From NCBI GenBank assembly GCA_045128275.1, contig JBGVRH010000059.1, positions 13,226 to 77,225 of the forward strand: a stretch of DNA of 64,000 bases. Direction: 5' to 3'. This document shows, piece after piece, positions 34,392 to 42,853 of this stretch. Source of the DNA: Eubacteriales bacterium (GTDB lineage: Bacteria; Bacillota; Clostridia; Oscillospirales; CAG-272). A program made the translations under genes and the position numbers. The notes beneath the pieces were generated by a model that was given only the letters and a program-made list of their open reading frames with translations, had not been told where the DNA came from and did no database searches. How positions within the stretch are numbered: the stretch's first letter is position 1; the number at the start of each line of letters is the position of its first letter.

Positions 34392-34862
34392 TTAGTCAAG
34401 AAGCTGTCTTGCTTCAGCCATGCCCTTTACAGCGATCTCTCTTTGCTTCATCCATTCGGAATATGCGGCTTCGTACTCTTTGTTGGCTTGAGAACGTCTC
34501 CAGAATTTGTATACAAGATAAAGCACACCGGGGGCAACGTAGAGCAGGAGGCCGATGATGGTGATGACCGCGCTGATCTTGACCTCACGCTTGACAGGCT
34601 CCTGCTCCATAATGGAGAAATACTGCTTTTCAAGCTTGACGATCTGATTGTAGTTCTTCATAGCGGTGTCGCGTTCCAAGACCAGCTTAACGTAATGCTC
34701 CTTGGTGGTTACATTGTAAACAGTACCGCCACGATTTTCCAAGTGAGAATCTGTGTTGTTGATCTCCTGGCTGGATTTCAGATTCCAACCAAAGTTGGAA
34801 GCCAAATCGATGGTTGCTTGCTCGTTTTCGGGGCTGACGGTAAATGTTTTAGTTTCTAACAT
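34392..34862 (-). CDS. hypothetical single-pass membrane protein on a low-GC islet
   Basis: 156 aa: soluble N-terminal part, one TM helix (ISAVITIIGLLLYVAPGVLYLVY), charged C-terminus. A terminator hairpin lies at 34313-34345. Confidence 0.6.
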   Translation of the reverse strand: MLETKTFTVSPENEQATIDLASNFGWNLKSSQEINNTDSHLENRGGTVYNVTTKEHYVKLVLERDTAMKNYNQIVKLEKQYFSIMEQEPVKREVKISAVITIIGLLLYVAPGVLYLVYKFWRRSQANKEYEAAYSEWMKQREIAVKGMAEARQLLD

Positions 34863-34881
34863 ATGCGTTCCTTCCTTTCAA

Positions 34882-34913
34882 TTTTTGGTACCATTTGCAC
34901 AATATACCAAAAA
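34882..34913. promoter_or_regulatory. inverted repeat TTTTTGGTA-N14-TACCAAAAA in a divergent promoter region (operator candidate)
   Basis: Read directly from the sequence. A third half-site TTTGGTA lies at 34944-34950. Confidence 0.4.
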
Positions 34914-35043
34914 ATTAGTACGATGCAATTATAGCATAAAATATTTGGTATGTCAAGAGGTTGTAGAAAAAATATAGTAAAATATGAATATTAGAATCGA
35001 AACAACACATCATATGTCACACGGTGTGAAGCAAGGAGCCATT

Positions 35044-35331
35044 ATGCAGAACCGAATTCGAGAATTGCGTGAGGATCGGGATCTACGACAGGTAGACGTG
35101 GCCGAAAAAACAGGCATTGATCAGCGGACTTTGTCAAATTACGAAACTGGAAAAACCAACCCCGATAGTTATGCTATCATTCAATTGGCAAAATTTTACG
35201 GTGTAAGTACGGATTATCTGTTAGGGATCACCGATTACAATATTCACGATATGCAAGATGTTGCGGCCGAGCTGAAAAAGATTGCGATCAGATTGGAGGC
35301 TCTACAGAAATATATTTCGGGTAAGGAATAA
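35044..35331 (+). CDS. XRE-family helix-turn-helix transcriptional regulator
   Basis: MQNRIRELREDRDLRQVDVAEKTGIDQRTLSNYETGKTNPD is a canonical HTH_3 sequence. ATG at 35044 follows AAGGAG. Confidence 0.85.
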   Translation: MQNRIRELREDRDLRQVDVAEKTGIDQRTLSNYETGKTNPDSYAIIQLAKFYGVSTDYLLGITDYNIHDMQDVAAELKKIAIRLEALQKYISGKE

Positions 35332-35438
35332 CGAAGCCGCTGACGGGCTGTCAAGAACGAGCGAATCTGCCGAAGGTGGGGAGGTTTCACATTTTGGACA
35401 GTCGTTCTTTTTGCCGTATCCCATTTTAATGAGATATA

Positions 35439-35470
35439 AAAAGCCCTTCCCGTTTTTGGGAAGGGCTTTT
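35439..35470. terminator. bidirectional intrinsic terminator
   Basis: AAAAAGCCCTTCCCGTTTTTGGGAAGGGCTTTT. Confidence 0.8.
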
Positions 35471-35484
35471 ACATGGATATTTCA

Positions 35485-37542
35485 TTAGTGCAGTCTCGTA
35501 CCCTCAGGCACGCGCTCGTCCACGAAGATGACCTGACAGCCGCAGGCGTTGTTGGTGGCGGCCAGCAGCATACCGTTGGAGGTCACGCCCGTGATACGGG
35601 TGGGAGCCAGGTTGGCCAGAACGATGATCTTCTTGCCCAGCAGCTCCTCGGCGGTGTAGTCGTGCTTGATGGAGGACACGATGACGCGCTCGCCGATACC
35701 GTCGTTCAGGGTCAGCTTGTAGCAGGAGTGAGACTTGCGGATCTCCTGCACCTTGACGATCTTGCACACGCGGATATCCATCTTGCCGAACTCGTCGATG
35801 GAGACCATCTCCTCGGAAATGGGCTGGACGGGGTCAGGCTCGCCGTAGACCTTCTCCACAGGGGCGTTGGCGGCGGCCTCGGCATCGGCTACGGCCTGAT
35901 CGGCGGCGATCTCCTCGGCGGTCTGCTCATAGGAGAAGTCCAGGAGACGGACGTAGCGGGCGGGGTCGATGGCGTAGAGGAAGAGGTACAGACGGGGGCC
36001 GCGCTCCTTGTCGATGAGGAGCTTGTAGACGGTCTTGAAGAAGTTGCCCTGGAGACCCTTCAGCTCCTTGTCGGGCTTGTCCTCGCCGAAGACCCGCTTG
36101 GGAATGGCGTACAGCTCGGCGTTCAGAGCGTCCAGATCGTAGCCGCCTGCGGCCAGATAGGCGTGGAGCAGGGCGATCTCACGCTTCTCCTCGTCGGAGA
36201 GGGTGTTGTAGACCTCAAAGTTGCGGGTCTCGCGCAGTCTGTTGACCTGCTCGGGAGCGCACTGCTCCAGCCAGTACTTGGCGCGGTCGAGACGGCCCAT
36301 GAACTGCTCGGCGGTGTAGGGAGTGCCGATCTTCTCAAAGACGGTCTCCAGCATGGGGACGTTGAAGTCCACGATGGAGCCCAGCTGCACCAGAAGACCC
36401 TGGGGCACGGTGCTGACCTCGTGACCCTCCACCACGCAGTTGTACATGATGGCGGCGTCGCGCTCGTTGCACTTGCCCGCGCGGTAGTCCTCGTACATCT
36501 TGTCGAACTCGAAGTACTGGCGCAGGATACCGTCATCGAAGCAGAAGTCGAAGGCCTTGGTGGGCTCGGTCTTGGAGTAGAGCCACAGAATGACCTCGGG
36601 CTCGTAGAGCTTGAGCATGGTGTCGGGAGTCAGATTCAGACCCGAAGAAGAGGACATCTTGCCCGCCAGACCCTTGATGCCGATGAACTCATAGCCCTGG
36701 AACAGGGGAGGCTCATAGCCGAAGATCTTCTTGGAAATCACCTTGGCATTGGAGTAGGAGCCGGTGGGCGCGGCGTGATCCTTTCCGCCGGGCTCGAAGT
36801 CAACGCCCTCGTGTCTCCAGCGCATGGGCCAGTCGATCTTCCAGCCCAGCTTGCAGTTGAAGTTCTCGGTGAAGTTGATGTGGCCGTGGTAGCCGCAACG
36901 GCAGGTGTAGTCGGCCTCGGTGCAGTCATCCGAGATGTTCTCCAGGGTGGTGAAGTCGGTGCCGCACTCGGGGCAGAAGACGGAGACGGGGGAGTACTTG
37001 GCCTTCTCGGCATCGTGCTCGGCGGCTCTCTCCTCCTCGGACTTGGTCATGTCCTTGGTCTTGAAGGAATCCAGGATCTCAAAGATCTCCTCGCGCTTGC
37101 GGAGGGACTCGATGATGGCCTGGGTGTACGCGCCGGAACGGTACATGGATCCCTGATGGCGGTAGTCCATCTCAATGCCGAACTTCTTCATGGACTCGGT
37201 GAACTCGGCCTTGAAATGCTCGGCGTAGTTGGCGTGACAGCCCCAAGGATCGGGCATGTCCACGTAGGGGGTACCGATGTACTTGTCGTAAGCGTCGCCC
37301 ACAACGGCCTGCACGTTGGCAGGGATCTTGCGGCAACGGTCAAAGTCATCCCAGGAGAACAGAAGGCGAGCCTTCTTGCCCTGCTTCTCGATGGCCTTGC
37401 AGACAAAGAGGGAGGTGGCGATATCGCGGAAGTTACCGATATGCACCGAGCCCGAGGGGCTGATGCCCGCGGCGCAGACGTACTCTTCCTTTTCGGGGTT
37501 TCTGGCGATCACTCTCTGGGCGATCTCTTCTGACCAATGCAT
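35485..37542 (-). CDS. lysK: class I lysyl-tRNA synthetase fused to a C-terminal Trbp111/EMAP-like tRNA-binding domain
   Basis: HWSEEIAQ...GISPSGSVHIGNFRD..., ...KIDWPMRWRHEGVDFEPGGKDH..., ...KMSSSSG match class I LysRS as I recall the Borrelia and archaeal enzymes. The last about 110 aa (...DIRVCKIVKVQEI...KLTLNDG...IVLANLAPTRI.GV.S.GMLLAA) look like a tRNA-binding OB fold. Confidence 0.85.
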   Translation of the reverse strand: MHWSEEIAQRVIARNPEKEEYVCAAGISPSGSVHIGNFRDIATSLFVCKAIEKQGKKARLLFSWDDFDRCRKIPANVQAVVGDAYDKYIGTPYVDMPDPWGCHANYAEHFKAEFTESMKKFGIEMDYRHQGSMYRSGAYTQAIIESLRKREEIFEILDSFKTKDMTKSEEERAAEHDAEKAKYSPVSVFCPECGTDFTTLENISDDCTEADYTCRCGYHGHINFTENFNCKLGWKIDWPMRWRHEGVDFEPGGKDHAAPTGSYSNAKVISKKIFGYEPPLFQGYEFIGIKGLAGKMSSSSGLNLTPDTMLKLYEPEVILWLYSKTEPTKAFDFCFDDGILRQYFEFDKMYEDYRAGKCNERDAAIMYNCVVEGHEVSTVPQGLLVQLGSIVDFNVPMLETVFEKIGTPYTAEQFMGRLDRAKYWLEQCAPEQVNRLRETRNFEVYNTLSDEEKREIALLHAYLAAGGYDLDALNAELYAIPKRVFGEDKPDKELKGLQGNFFKTVYKLLIDKERGPRLYLFLYAIDPARYVRLLDFSYEQTAEEIAADQAVADAEAAANAPVEKVYGEPDPVQPISEEMVSIDEFGKMDIRVCKIVKVQEIRKSHSCYKLTLNDGIGERVIVSSIKHDYTAEELLGKKIIVLANLAPTRITGVTSNGMLLAATNNACGCQVIFVDERVPEGTRLH

Positions 37543-37612
37543 AGCTGGTCTCCTTTCTCTGTATATGGCATAAAAGTTTTCAAATAAAATGTGAATGACA
37601 CATAGATAATAT

Positions 37613-37641
37613 AGTATAACACATTTTTTCGCGCTTTGCAA
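37613..37641 (-). promoter_or_regulatory. sigma-A promoter of lysK
   Basis: Minus strand TTGCAA, 17 nt spacer, TATACT. Confidence 0.5.
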
Positions 37642-37872
37642 GAGGATGACGCGATTTTTTTGCCCTCACATAAGGAAAAAATTTGAGTGAATGCCCGTAG
37701 CTTTCGGTACATAAACACCAAATTCTCGCGCCAAACTATGATTGGACGAAAACGCCGCCGCGCGGACACGGTACCGCCCGGACGTTTCCGCCGCGGGTGC
37801 TTCGCGTACAAGCCCTCGCATACAAATCGAGGCGGTACCCACCGTACCCTTCGGAAAGGATAGGTTTCTCAC

Positions 37873-38088
37873 ATGATGATCTTGGATCGCATCGCGCTGA
37901 TTGTTTCCATCATCGGCGCGCTCAACTGGGGCAGCATCGGTCTGTTCCAATTCGATCTCGTTTCTTGGGTATGCGGCGGGGCCTCCACCGTGGTCGCCCG
38001 CATCATCTATACCGTAGTCGCTCTGGCAGGCGTGTGGTGCATCTCCCTGCTCTTCCGCTCCCGCGATTACGCCCTGGAGGACCAGTAA
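37873..38088 (+). CDS. DUF378 family small membrane protein
   Basis: 71 aa, ...IALIVSIIGALNWGSIGLFQFDLV... is typical of DUF378 (YuzA-like). Confidence 0.75.
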   Translation: MMILDRIALIVSIIGALNWGSIGLFQFDLVSWVCGGASTVVARIIYTVVALAGVWCISLLFRSRDYALEDQ

Positions 38089-38101
38089 GCCTCCCGCCCC
38101 G

Positions 38102-38136
38102 ACCGCCGTCCGCCTTTCGCGGATGGCGGTTTTTTG
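38102..38136 (+). terminator. intrinsic terminator after the DUF378 gene
   Basis: CCGCCGTCCGC...GCGGATGGCGG followed by TTTTTT. Confidence 0.7.
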
Positions 38137-38143
38137 TGTGGAG

Positions 38144-38357
38144 TTCAAATTGCAGTTTATGGGGAACGAGGGGCTCTGCCCCTGACCCCCGCTTAAACCC
38201 TTCTTGAAAGAAGGGTTTAAGAATCCCAAGAACTTTCAAAAAGGCATTGACAAGCCAAAAGATTTGACAGTGGGAAGCATAGGGGAACCCCCCATGGGGC
38301 CCCTTCCCCATTGGTATCGGCATGGTTATTTACCTCACCGACAAACCCCAATTTGAA
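38144..38357. repeat. MITE-like dispersed repeat, copy 5 (plus orientation)
   Basis: Left end TTCAAATTGCAGTTTA (38144-38159), right end CCGACAAACCCCAATTTGAA (38338-38357). Interior homologous to copy 1. Confidence 0.65.
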
Positions 38358-38364
38358 GACCCGA

Positions 38365-38402
38365 CAAAAAACAGCCGACGGACGCACATCCATCGGCTGT
38401 TG
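38365..38402 (-). terminator. intrinsic terminator after ftsH
   Basis: Minus strand AACAGCCGATGGATGTGCGTCCGTCGGCTGTTTTTT. Confidence 0.75.
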
Positions 38403-38416
38403 TGATTCAGTTGCGA

Positions 38417-40603
38417 TCAGTCCTTATCCTCGGGACGGTTGTAATCGAAGGGATTCTCACCGCCGTTGTTCTCGGGGCTGTAGTCGAAGGGGTTGGCCTT
38501 GCTGTCGTCCGACTTGGACTCCTCGGCGGGGGTCTCGGATGCCTCGGACTTCTTGCTCTTCTCGGCGGCCTTCTTCTTCTCGTTGGCCTCGCGGGAAGCC
38601 CGCTCCTTCTCGGCGGCGATCTCCTCGATCATCTCCACGGTAACGTACTCGTTCTCCATGACGGCCTTGAACTGGTCGCCGTCCATGTCCTCGTGACCCA
38701 AGAGGTACTCCGCGATGAAGTGGAGCTTACCGATGTGGGTAGCCAGCAGGGACTTGGCGCGGTCGTAGGCCTCGGAAATGATGGCGTGGATCTCCTCGTC
38801 GATCACCGCGGCCATAGCCTCGGAGTAGTCGGCGTTGGAGGAGAAGTCACGGCCCAGGAACACCTCGTTCTGATCCGAGCCGAAGCGGCGGGGACCCAGC
38901 TTATCCGACATACCGAAGAGGGTGACCATGCGCTTGGCGGTCTCGGTGGCATGCTGGATATCCGAGTAGGCACCGCTGGTGACGTCCCCGAAGATGATCT
39001 CTTCGGCGGCACGTCCGCCCAGGCCCATGGCGATCTCGTTCTTGTAGTCCTGCTTGTACATCTGGTAGCGATCCGCCTCGGGACGGAAGCTGGTGTAGCC
39101 CAAAGCACCCCGGCCCGTGGGGACGATGGTGATCATGTGGACGGGATCGCAGCCCACCAGGTAGCCCACCACGGCGTGACCCGCCTCGTGGTACGCGGTG
39201 TTCTTCTTCTCGGCGTCGCTCATGACGTTGGTCTTCTTCTTGGGACCCATGATGATCTTGTTCAGGGCATCCTCGATCTCCTCCATGCCGATGAGGCTCT
39301 TGTTGTGTCGGGCAGACAGCAGAGCGGCCTCGTTGAGGAGGTTAGCCAGGTCGGCACCCGTAAAGCCTACGGTGATCTTGGCCACGCGGGCGAGATCCAC
39401 ACCGGGCTCCAGGGGCTTGTTGCGGGCGTGAACCTTCAGAATGTCCTCGCGTCCCTTGAGGTTGGGGCGGTTGACCTGGATCTGACGGTCGAAGCGGCCG
39501 GGACGGAGCAGTGCGGGATCCAGGACGTCGGCGCGGTTGGTGGCGGCGATGACCACGATGCCCTCGTGAGAGCCGAAGCCGTCCATCTCCACCAGCAGCT
39601 GGTTCAGGGTCTGCTCGCGCTCGTCGTGACCGCCGCCCAGACCTGTGCCTCTCTGGCGGCCGACGGCATCGATCTCGTCGATGAAGATGATGGCCGATCC
39701 TGCCTTGCGGGCGGTATCGAACAGGTCGCGGACACGGGACGCGCCCACGCCCACGTACATCTCCACGAAGTCGGAGCCCGAGATGGAGAAGAAGGGAACG
39801 CCTGCCTCGCCTGCCACAGCCTTTGCAAGGAGGGTCTTACCCGTACCGGGAGGGCCCATGAGCAGAACGCCATGGGGAATGCGCGCGCCCAGACGGGCGA
39901 ACTTGGTGGGAGCCTTGAGGTAATCCACGATCTCCACCAGCTCTTCCTTTTCCTCGTCAGCGCCGGCTACGTCGCGGAAGGTGATCTTGTTCTTGTCATC
40001 GGTAGGCATCTTGACGTGGGCCTTACCGAAGCCGCCCATCTTGGCACCGCCGGGGCCGCCGTTCTGCATCATCTTCTTCATGGCGAAGTAGTACAGAGCG
40101 ATGAGGGCCACCACCACCAGGATGGCGGGGATGAAGGAGACCCACCAGGGGAAGCTGTTGGCGGGGCGGATGTCGTAGCTGTCCAGGATGCCCACGCCGT
40201 TGCCCGCCTTGGCCTGCTCCACCGACAGCTGGTCGATGTAGGTCAGTCGGGAGGCGGAGATGTCCGCCAGCTTGATCTGCTTGTTGTCACCCAGCTTCAG
40301 CTCCACGCCCTCGGGAAGGGTGTAGTCCACGTTCCCCTCGCTGTCGGTGGGGAAGGTGACGATATTTCCCTGGGTATCCAGGAAATTACCGCTTGCGTCC
40401 CGCTCAAAGAGGCGGTAGATGAGGTAGCCTCTGCTGTAATCGATGGTATAGGTAGCCACGTCACCCTCCACCAGGGAGGCGACGAAATCCGCCTCGGTGA
40501 CCTTCTCCTGCCCGCCCGTGGTACTGCGGTAGAACAGCGCGATGGCGCCGATCAGCACGGCGATGGCCAGGGCGTAGCCGAGAAAGAGTTTGAAATTCTT
40601 CAT
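38417..40603 (-). CDS. ftsH: ATP-dependent zinc metalloprotease FtsH
   Basis: Two N-terminal TM helices, Walker [20 protein letters not shown] zinc motif. ATG at 40603 follows GGAGG. Confidence 0.95.
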   Translation of the reverse strand: MKNFKLFLGYALAIAVLIGAIALFYRSTTGGQEKVTEADFVASLVEGDVATYTIDYSRGYLIYRLFERDASGNFLDTQGNIVTFPTDSEGNVDYTLPEGVELKLGDNKQIKLADISASRLTYIDQLSVEQAKAGNGVGILDSYDIRPANSFPWWVSFIPAILVVVALIALYYFAMKKMMQNGGPGGAKMGGFGKAHVKMPTDDKNKITFRDVAGADEEKEELVEIVDYLKAPTKFARLGARIPHGVLLMGPPGTGKTLLAKAVAGEAGVPFFSISGSDFVEMYVGVGASRVRDLFDTARKAGSAIIFIDEIDAVGRQRGTGLGGGHDEREQTLNQLLVEMDGFGSHEGIVVIAATNRADVLDPALLRPGRFDRQIQVNRPNLKGREDILKVHARNKPLEPGVDLARVAKITVGFTGADLANLLNEAALLSARHNKSLIGMEEIEDALNKIIMGPKKKTNVMSDAEKKNTAYHEAGHAVVGYLVGCDPVHMITIVPTGRGALGYTSFRPEADRYQMYKQDYKNEIAMGLGGRAAEEIIFGDVTSGAYSDIQHATETAKRMVTLFGMSDKLGPRRFGSDQNEVFLGRDFSSNADYSEAMAAVIDEEIHAIISEAYDRAKSLLATHIGKLHFIAEYLLGHEDMDGDQFKAVMENEYVTVEMIEEIAAEKERASREANEKKKAAEKSKKSEASETPAEESKSDDSKANPFDYSPENNGGENPFDYNRPEDKD

Positions 40604-40787
40604 TATATCCTCCAATCGTTGCCGAAATTTGTTATCTGGCAGGCTTGGCGGGCCTGCTCTCCATACGCGCGGCCCTTTGTGAGGCCGCGGAAATGACACA
40701 GTGTTAAGTATAACACACGACTATGAATTTTCTATGAAATCCATTTTATATTCCCGTGAAAGTTTTTCCACAGGGAATCGAGTAGCC

Positions 40788-41357
40788 TTACTTTTCGTAG
40801 ACCTCTCTCCTGAGAACACCCACGAAGGGGAGGTTGCGGTACTTCTCGTCGTAGTCCAGTCCAAAGCCGATGACGAATTCGTCGGGGATGGTGGCACCGC
40901 AGAAGTCGGGCACGAATTCCACCTCGCGGCGGGAGGGCTTATCCAACAGGGTGCAGGTGCGCACGCTGTGGGCGTTGCGGTTCTTGAGAAGCTGGGTCAG
41001 ACGGGACAGGGTGCGGCCCGAGTCTATGATATCCTCCACAACCAGAAGGTCAATATCCTGGAGATCATCCCGCTTGAGATCCAGGGAGATCTTGATCTCA
41101 CCCGAGGTCTTGGTACCCGCGCCGTAGGAGGAGACCTTCATGAATTCCAGCTCCAGGGGCAGGGGCAGACGCTTCATCAGCTCGGCGGCGAAGGGCATAG
41201 AGCCCTTGAGGATGACCACCATGACCAGACGGCGGTTGCTGTCCTTGTAGGTGTCCAGGATTTCGGCGGCCAGGCGGTCGCAGATGGCGGCGATCTCCTG
41301 CTCGGAGACCAGGGTTCTGGCGCAATCGTTGTAGATGGCTGGCATGTTATTTTCCAT
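40788..41357 (-). CDS. hpt: hypoxanthine phosphoribosyltransferase
   Basis: PRPP-binding motif LLVVEDIIDSGRTL; 189 aa; canonical tilS-hpt-ftsH synteny. Confidence 0.9.
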   Translation of the reverse strand: MENNMPAIYNDCARTLVSEQEIAAICDRLAAEILDTYKDSNRRLVMVVILKGSMPFAAELMKRLPLPLELEFMKVSSYGAGTKTSGEIKISLDLKRDDLQDIDLLVVEDIIDSGRTLSRLTQLLKNRNAHSVRTCTLLDKPSRREVEFVPDFCGATIPDEFVIGFGLDYDEKYRNLPFVGVLRREVYEK

Positions 41358-41389
41358 GGTATGTAGTATGTCCTTTCACGGAATGAAAA

Positions 41390-42823
41390 TTACAGGGAAT
41401 GGCGGTCTCGGGGATACCGAACCGTGATCCGCAGGCAGGGACCCTCCTCGGGGGTAGGGTATCCGTCCCGATAGACGGCGCGGGGGTACCACAGGGGCGA
41501 TCCGTCGGGCAGACAGATCAGGGGAATACGATCTCGGTGGTGGAGGGGAATGCCCTTTTCGTTCAGAACCTTTTTCAGTTTCTTGTGCATCCCGTGGGAG
41601 AGGATGATATCCCCCTCCTGCCGTTTTCGTGCCAGCAGGGGCGTGGGAAGCTCGGCGGGGAACACCGCAGAGGCGTAGACGTCGTAGCCCTTGGCAGGGG
41701 GCAGAGGTGTGTCGGCATGCTCCACCGTGACCGAGAAGCCCGAGGCCAGAAGCGTCTCTCCCTCGGCCAGGGGCACGGGCTCGTCGGAGAGGGGAGGCAG
41801 GCTTGCTTCCTCGGCGGGGAGCATATACAGGAACTCACCCCGCACCACCGCGCGGATGCCGCCGGGGAGATCCAGTCCCGATTCGGGAATGGCCTTGCGC
41901 CCCAGCTCCAAAAGCGCGTGCAGCTGGACGGAGGACAAAAACAGCTCGGTTTCGGCACCCCGATGGTGCAGACGCAGGGTATTCCGGTAGAGCACCATGA
42001 GCATCCGCTTGGAGAGGGAAGGACTGAAATGCTCCAGATCCGATAGGGACACGGCCTCGCCTCCGGGGGCGACGGTGCGGCCCACGCTTTGCTCGGCCTG
42101 ATACCACAGGTAATCCTCGTCCTCCTCCGCGGCGTGAGCCATGCGAGCGGCGGCGCGCTGGGGGGCGTCCTCGCCCGCGATCGCCTCCAGCTCGGGGATG
42201 ACGGTATGGCGGATACGGTTGCGGATGCAATGATCCTCCAGGTTGGTGGAGTCGGTGACGAAGTCCAGGGAAAGCTCCTCGCAGGCGGCCAGGATGTCCC
42301 GCTTGGTAAAGTCCAGGAGGGGACGGTGAACCAGCTTGATCTGCCTGTCGGTCCAGTATCCCAGCATACGGGTGGTGGGAATGCCGCGCATGCCCCGCGT
42401 GCCGCTTCCGCGGATGAGCTGGGCCAGTACGGTTTCCAGATTGTCGTCGGCGTGGTGAGCGGTCAGGAGGATCCCGATCCCCCTCTCGTCCATGACCCGT
42501 CCGAAGAAACCGTACCGCGCTCTGCGGGCGACGGTCTCCATGCTCTCCCCGGTCTCCTCAGCCATGGTGGGGATATTCACCCGCTCACAGATCAGCTCCA
42601 CGCCAAGACCTTCGCAGACCTTGCGGCAGAAGGCCTCGTCGCGGTCAGCCTCCTCCCCGCGGATGCCGTGGTGGAGGTGGAGGGCGATCACATGGCTGCG
42701 TCCGTCCTCCCCAAGCCGCTCCAAAAGGGCGCGGACAGTCAGCTCCAGCAGGAGTCTGGAATCCGCGCCGCCCGAGAAGGCGACGGCGTATGAGGGGGAG
42801 TCGGGAAGGGTGAAGGGAAGCAT
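41390..42823 (-). CDS. tilS: tRNA(Ile)-lysidine synthetase
   Basis: PP-loop AFSGGADSRLLL; 477 aa; sits next to hpt and ftsH. Confidence 0.85.
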   Translation of the reverse strand: MLPFTLPDSPSYAVAFSGGADSRLLLELTVRALLERLGEDGRSHVIALHLHHGIRGEEADRDEAFCRKVCEGLGVELICERVNIPTMAEETGESMETVARRARYGFFGRVMDERGIGILLTAHHADDNLETVLAQLIRGSGTRGMRGIPTTRMLGYWTDRQIKLVHRPLLDFTKRDILAACEELSLDFVTDSTNLEDHCIRNRIRHTVIPELEAIAGEDAPQRAAARMAHAAEEDEDYLWYQAEQSVGRTVAPGGEAVSLSDLEHFSPSLSKRMLMVLYRNTLRLHHRGAETELFLSSVQLHALLELGRKAIPESGLDLPGGIRAVVRGEFLYMLPAEEASLPPLSDEPVPLAEGETLLASGFSVTVEHADTPLPPAKGYDVYASAVFPAELPTPLLARKRQEGDIILSHGMHKKLKKVLNEKGIPLHHRDRIPLICLPDGSPLWYPRAVYRDGYPTPEEGPCLRITVRYPRDRHSL

Positions 42824-42853
42824 AATGTTATCCTTATATCAATATGCGTGAGG

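Noticed and set aside
40766-40774. An isolated TTTTCCACA DnaA-box-like 9-mer between hpt and ftsH.
   Set aside because: It is a single occurrence with no neighbouring boxes and is compatible with chance.
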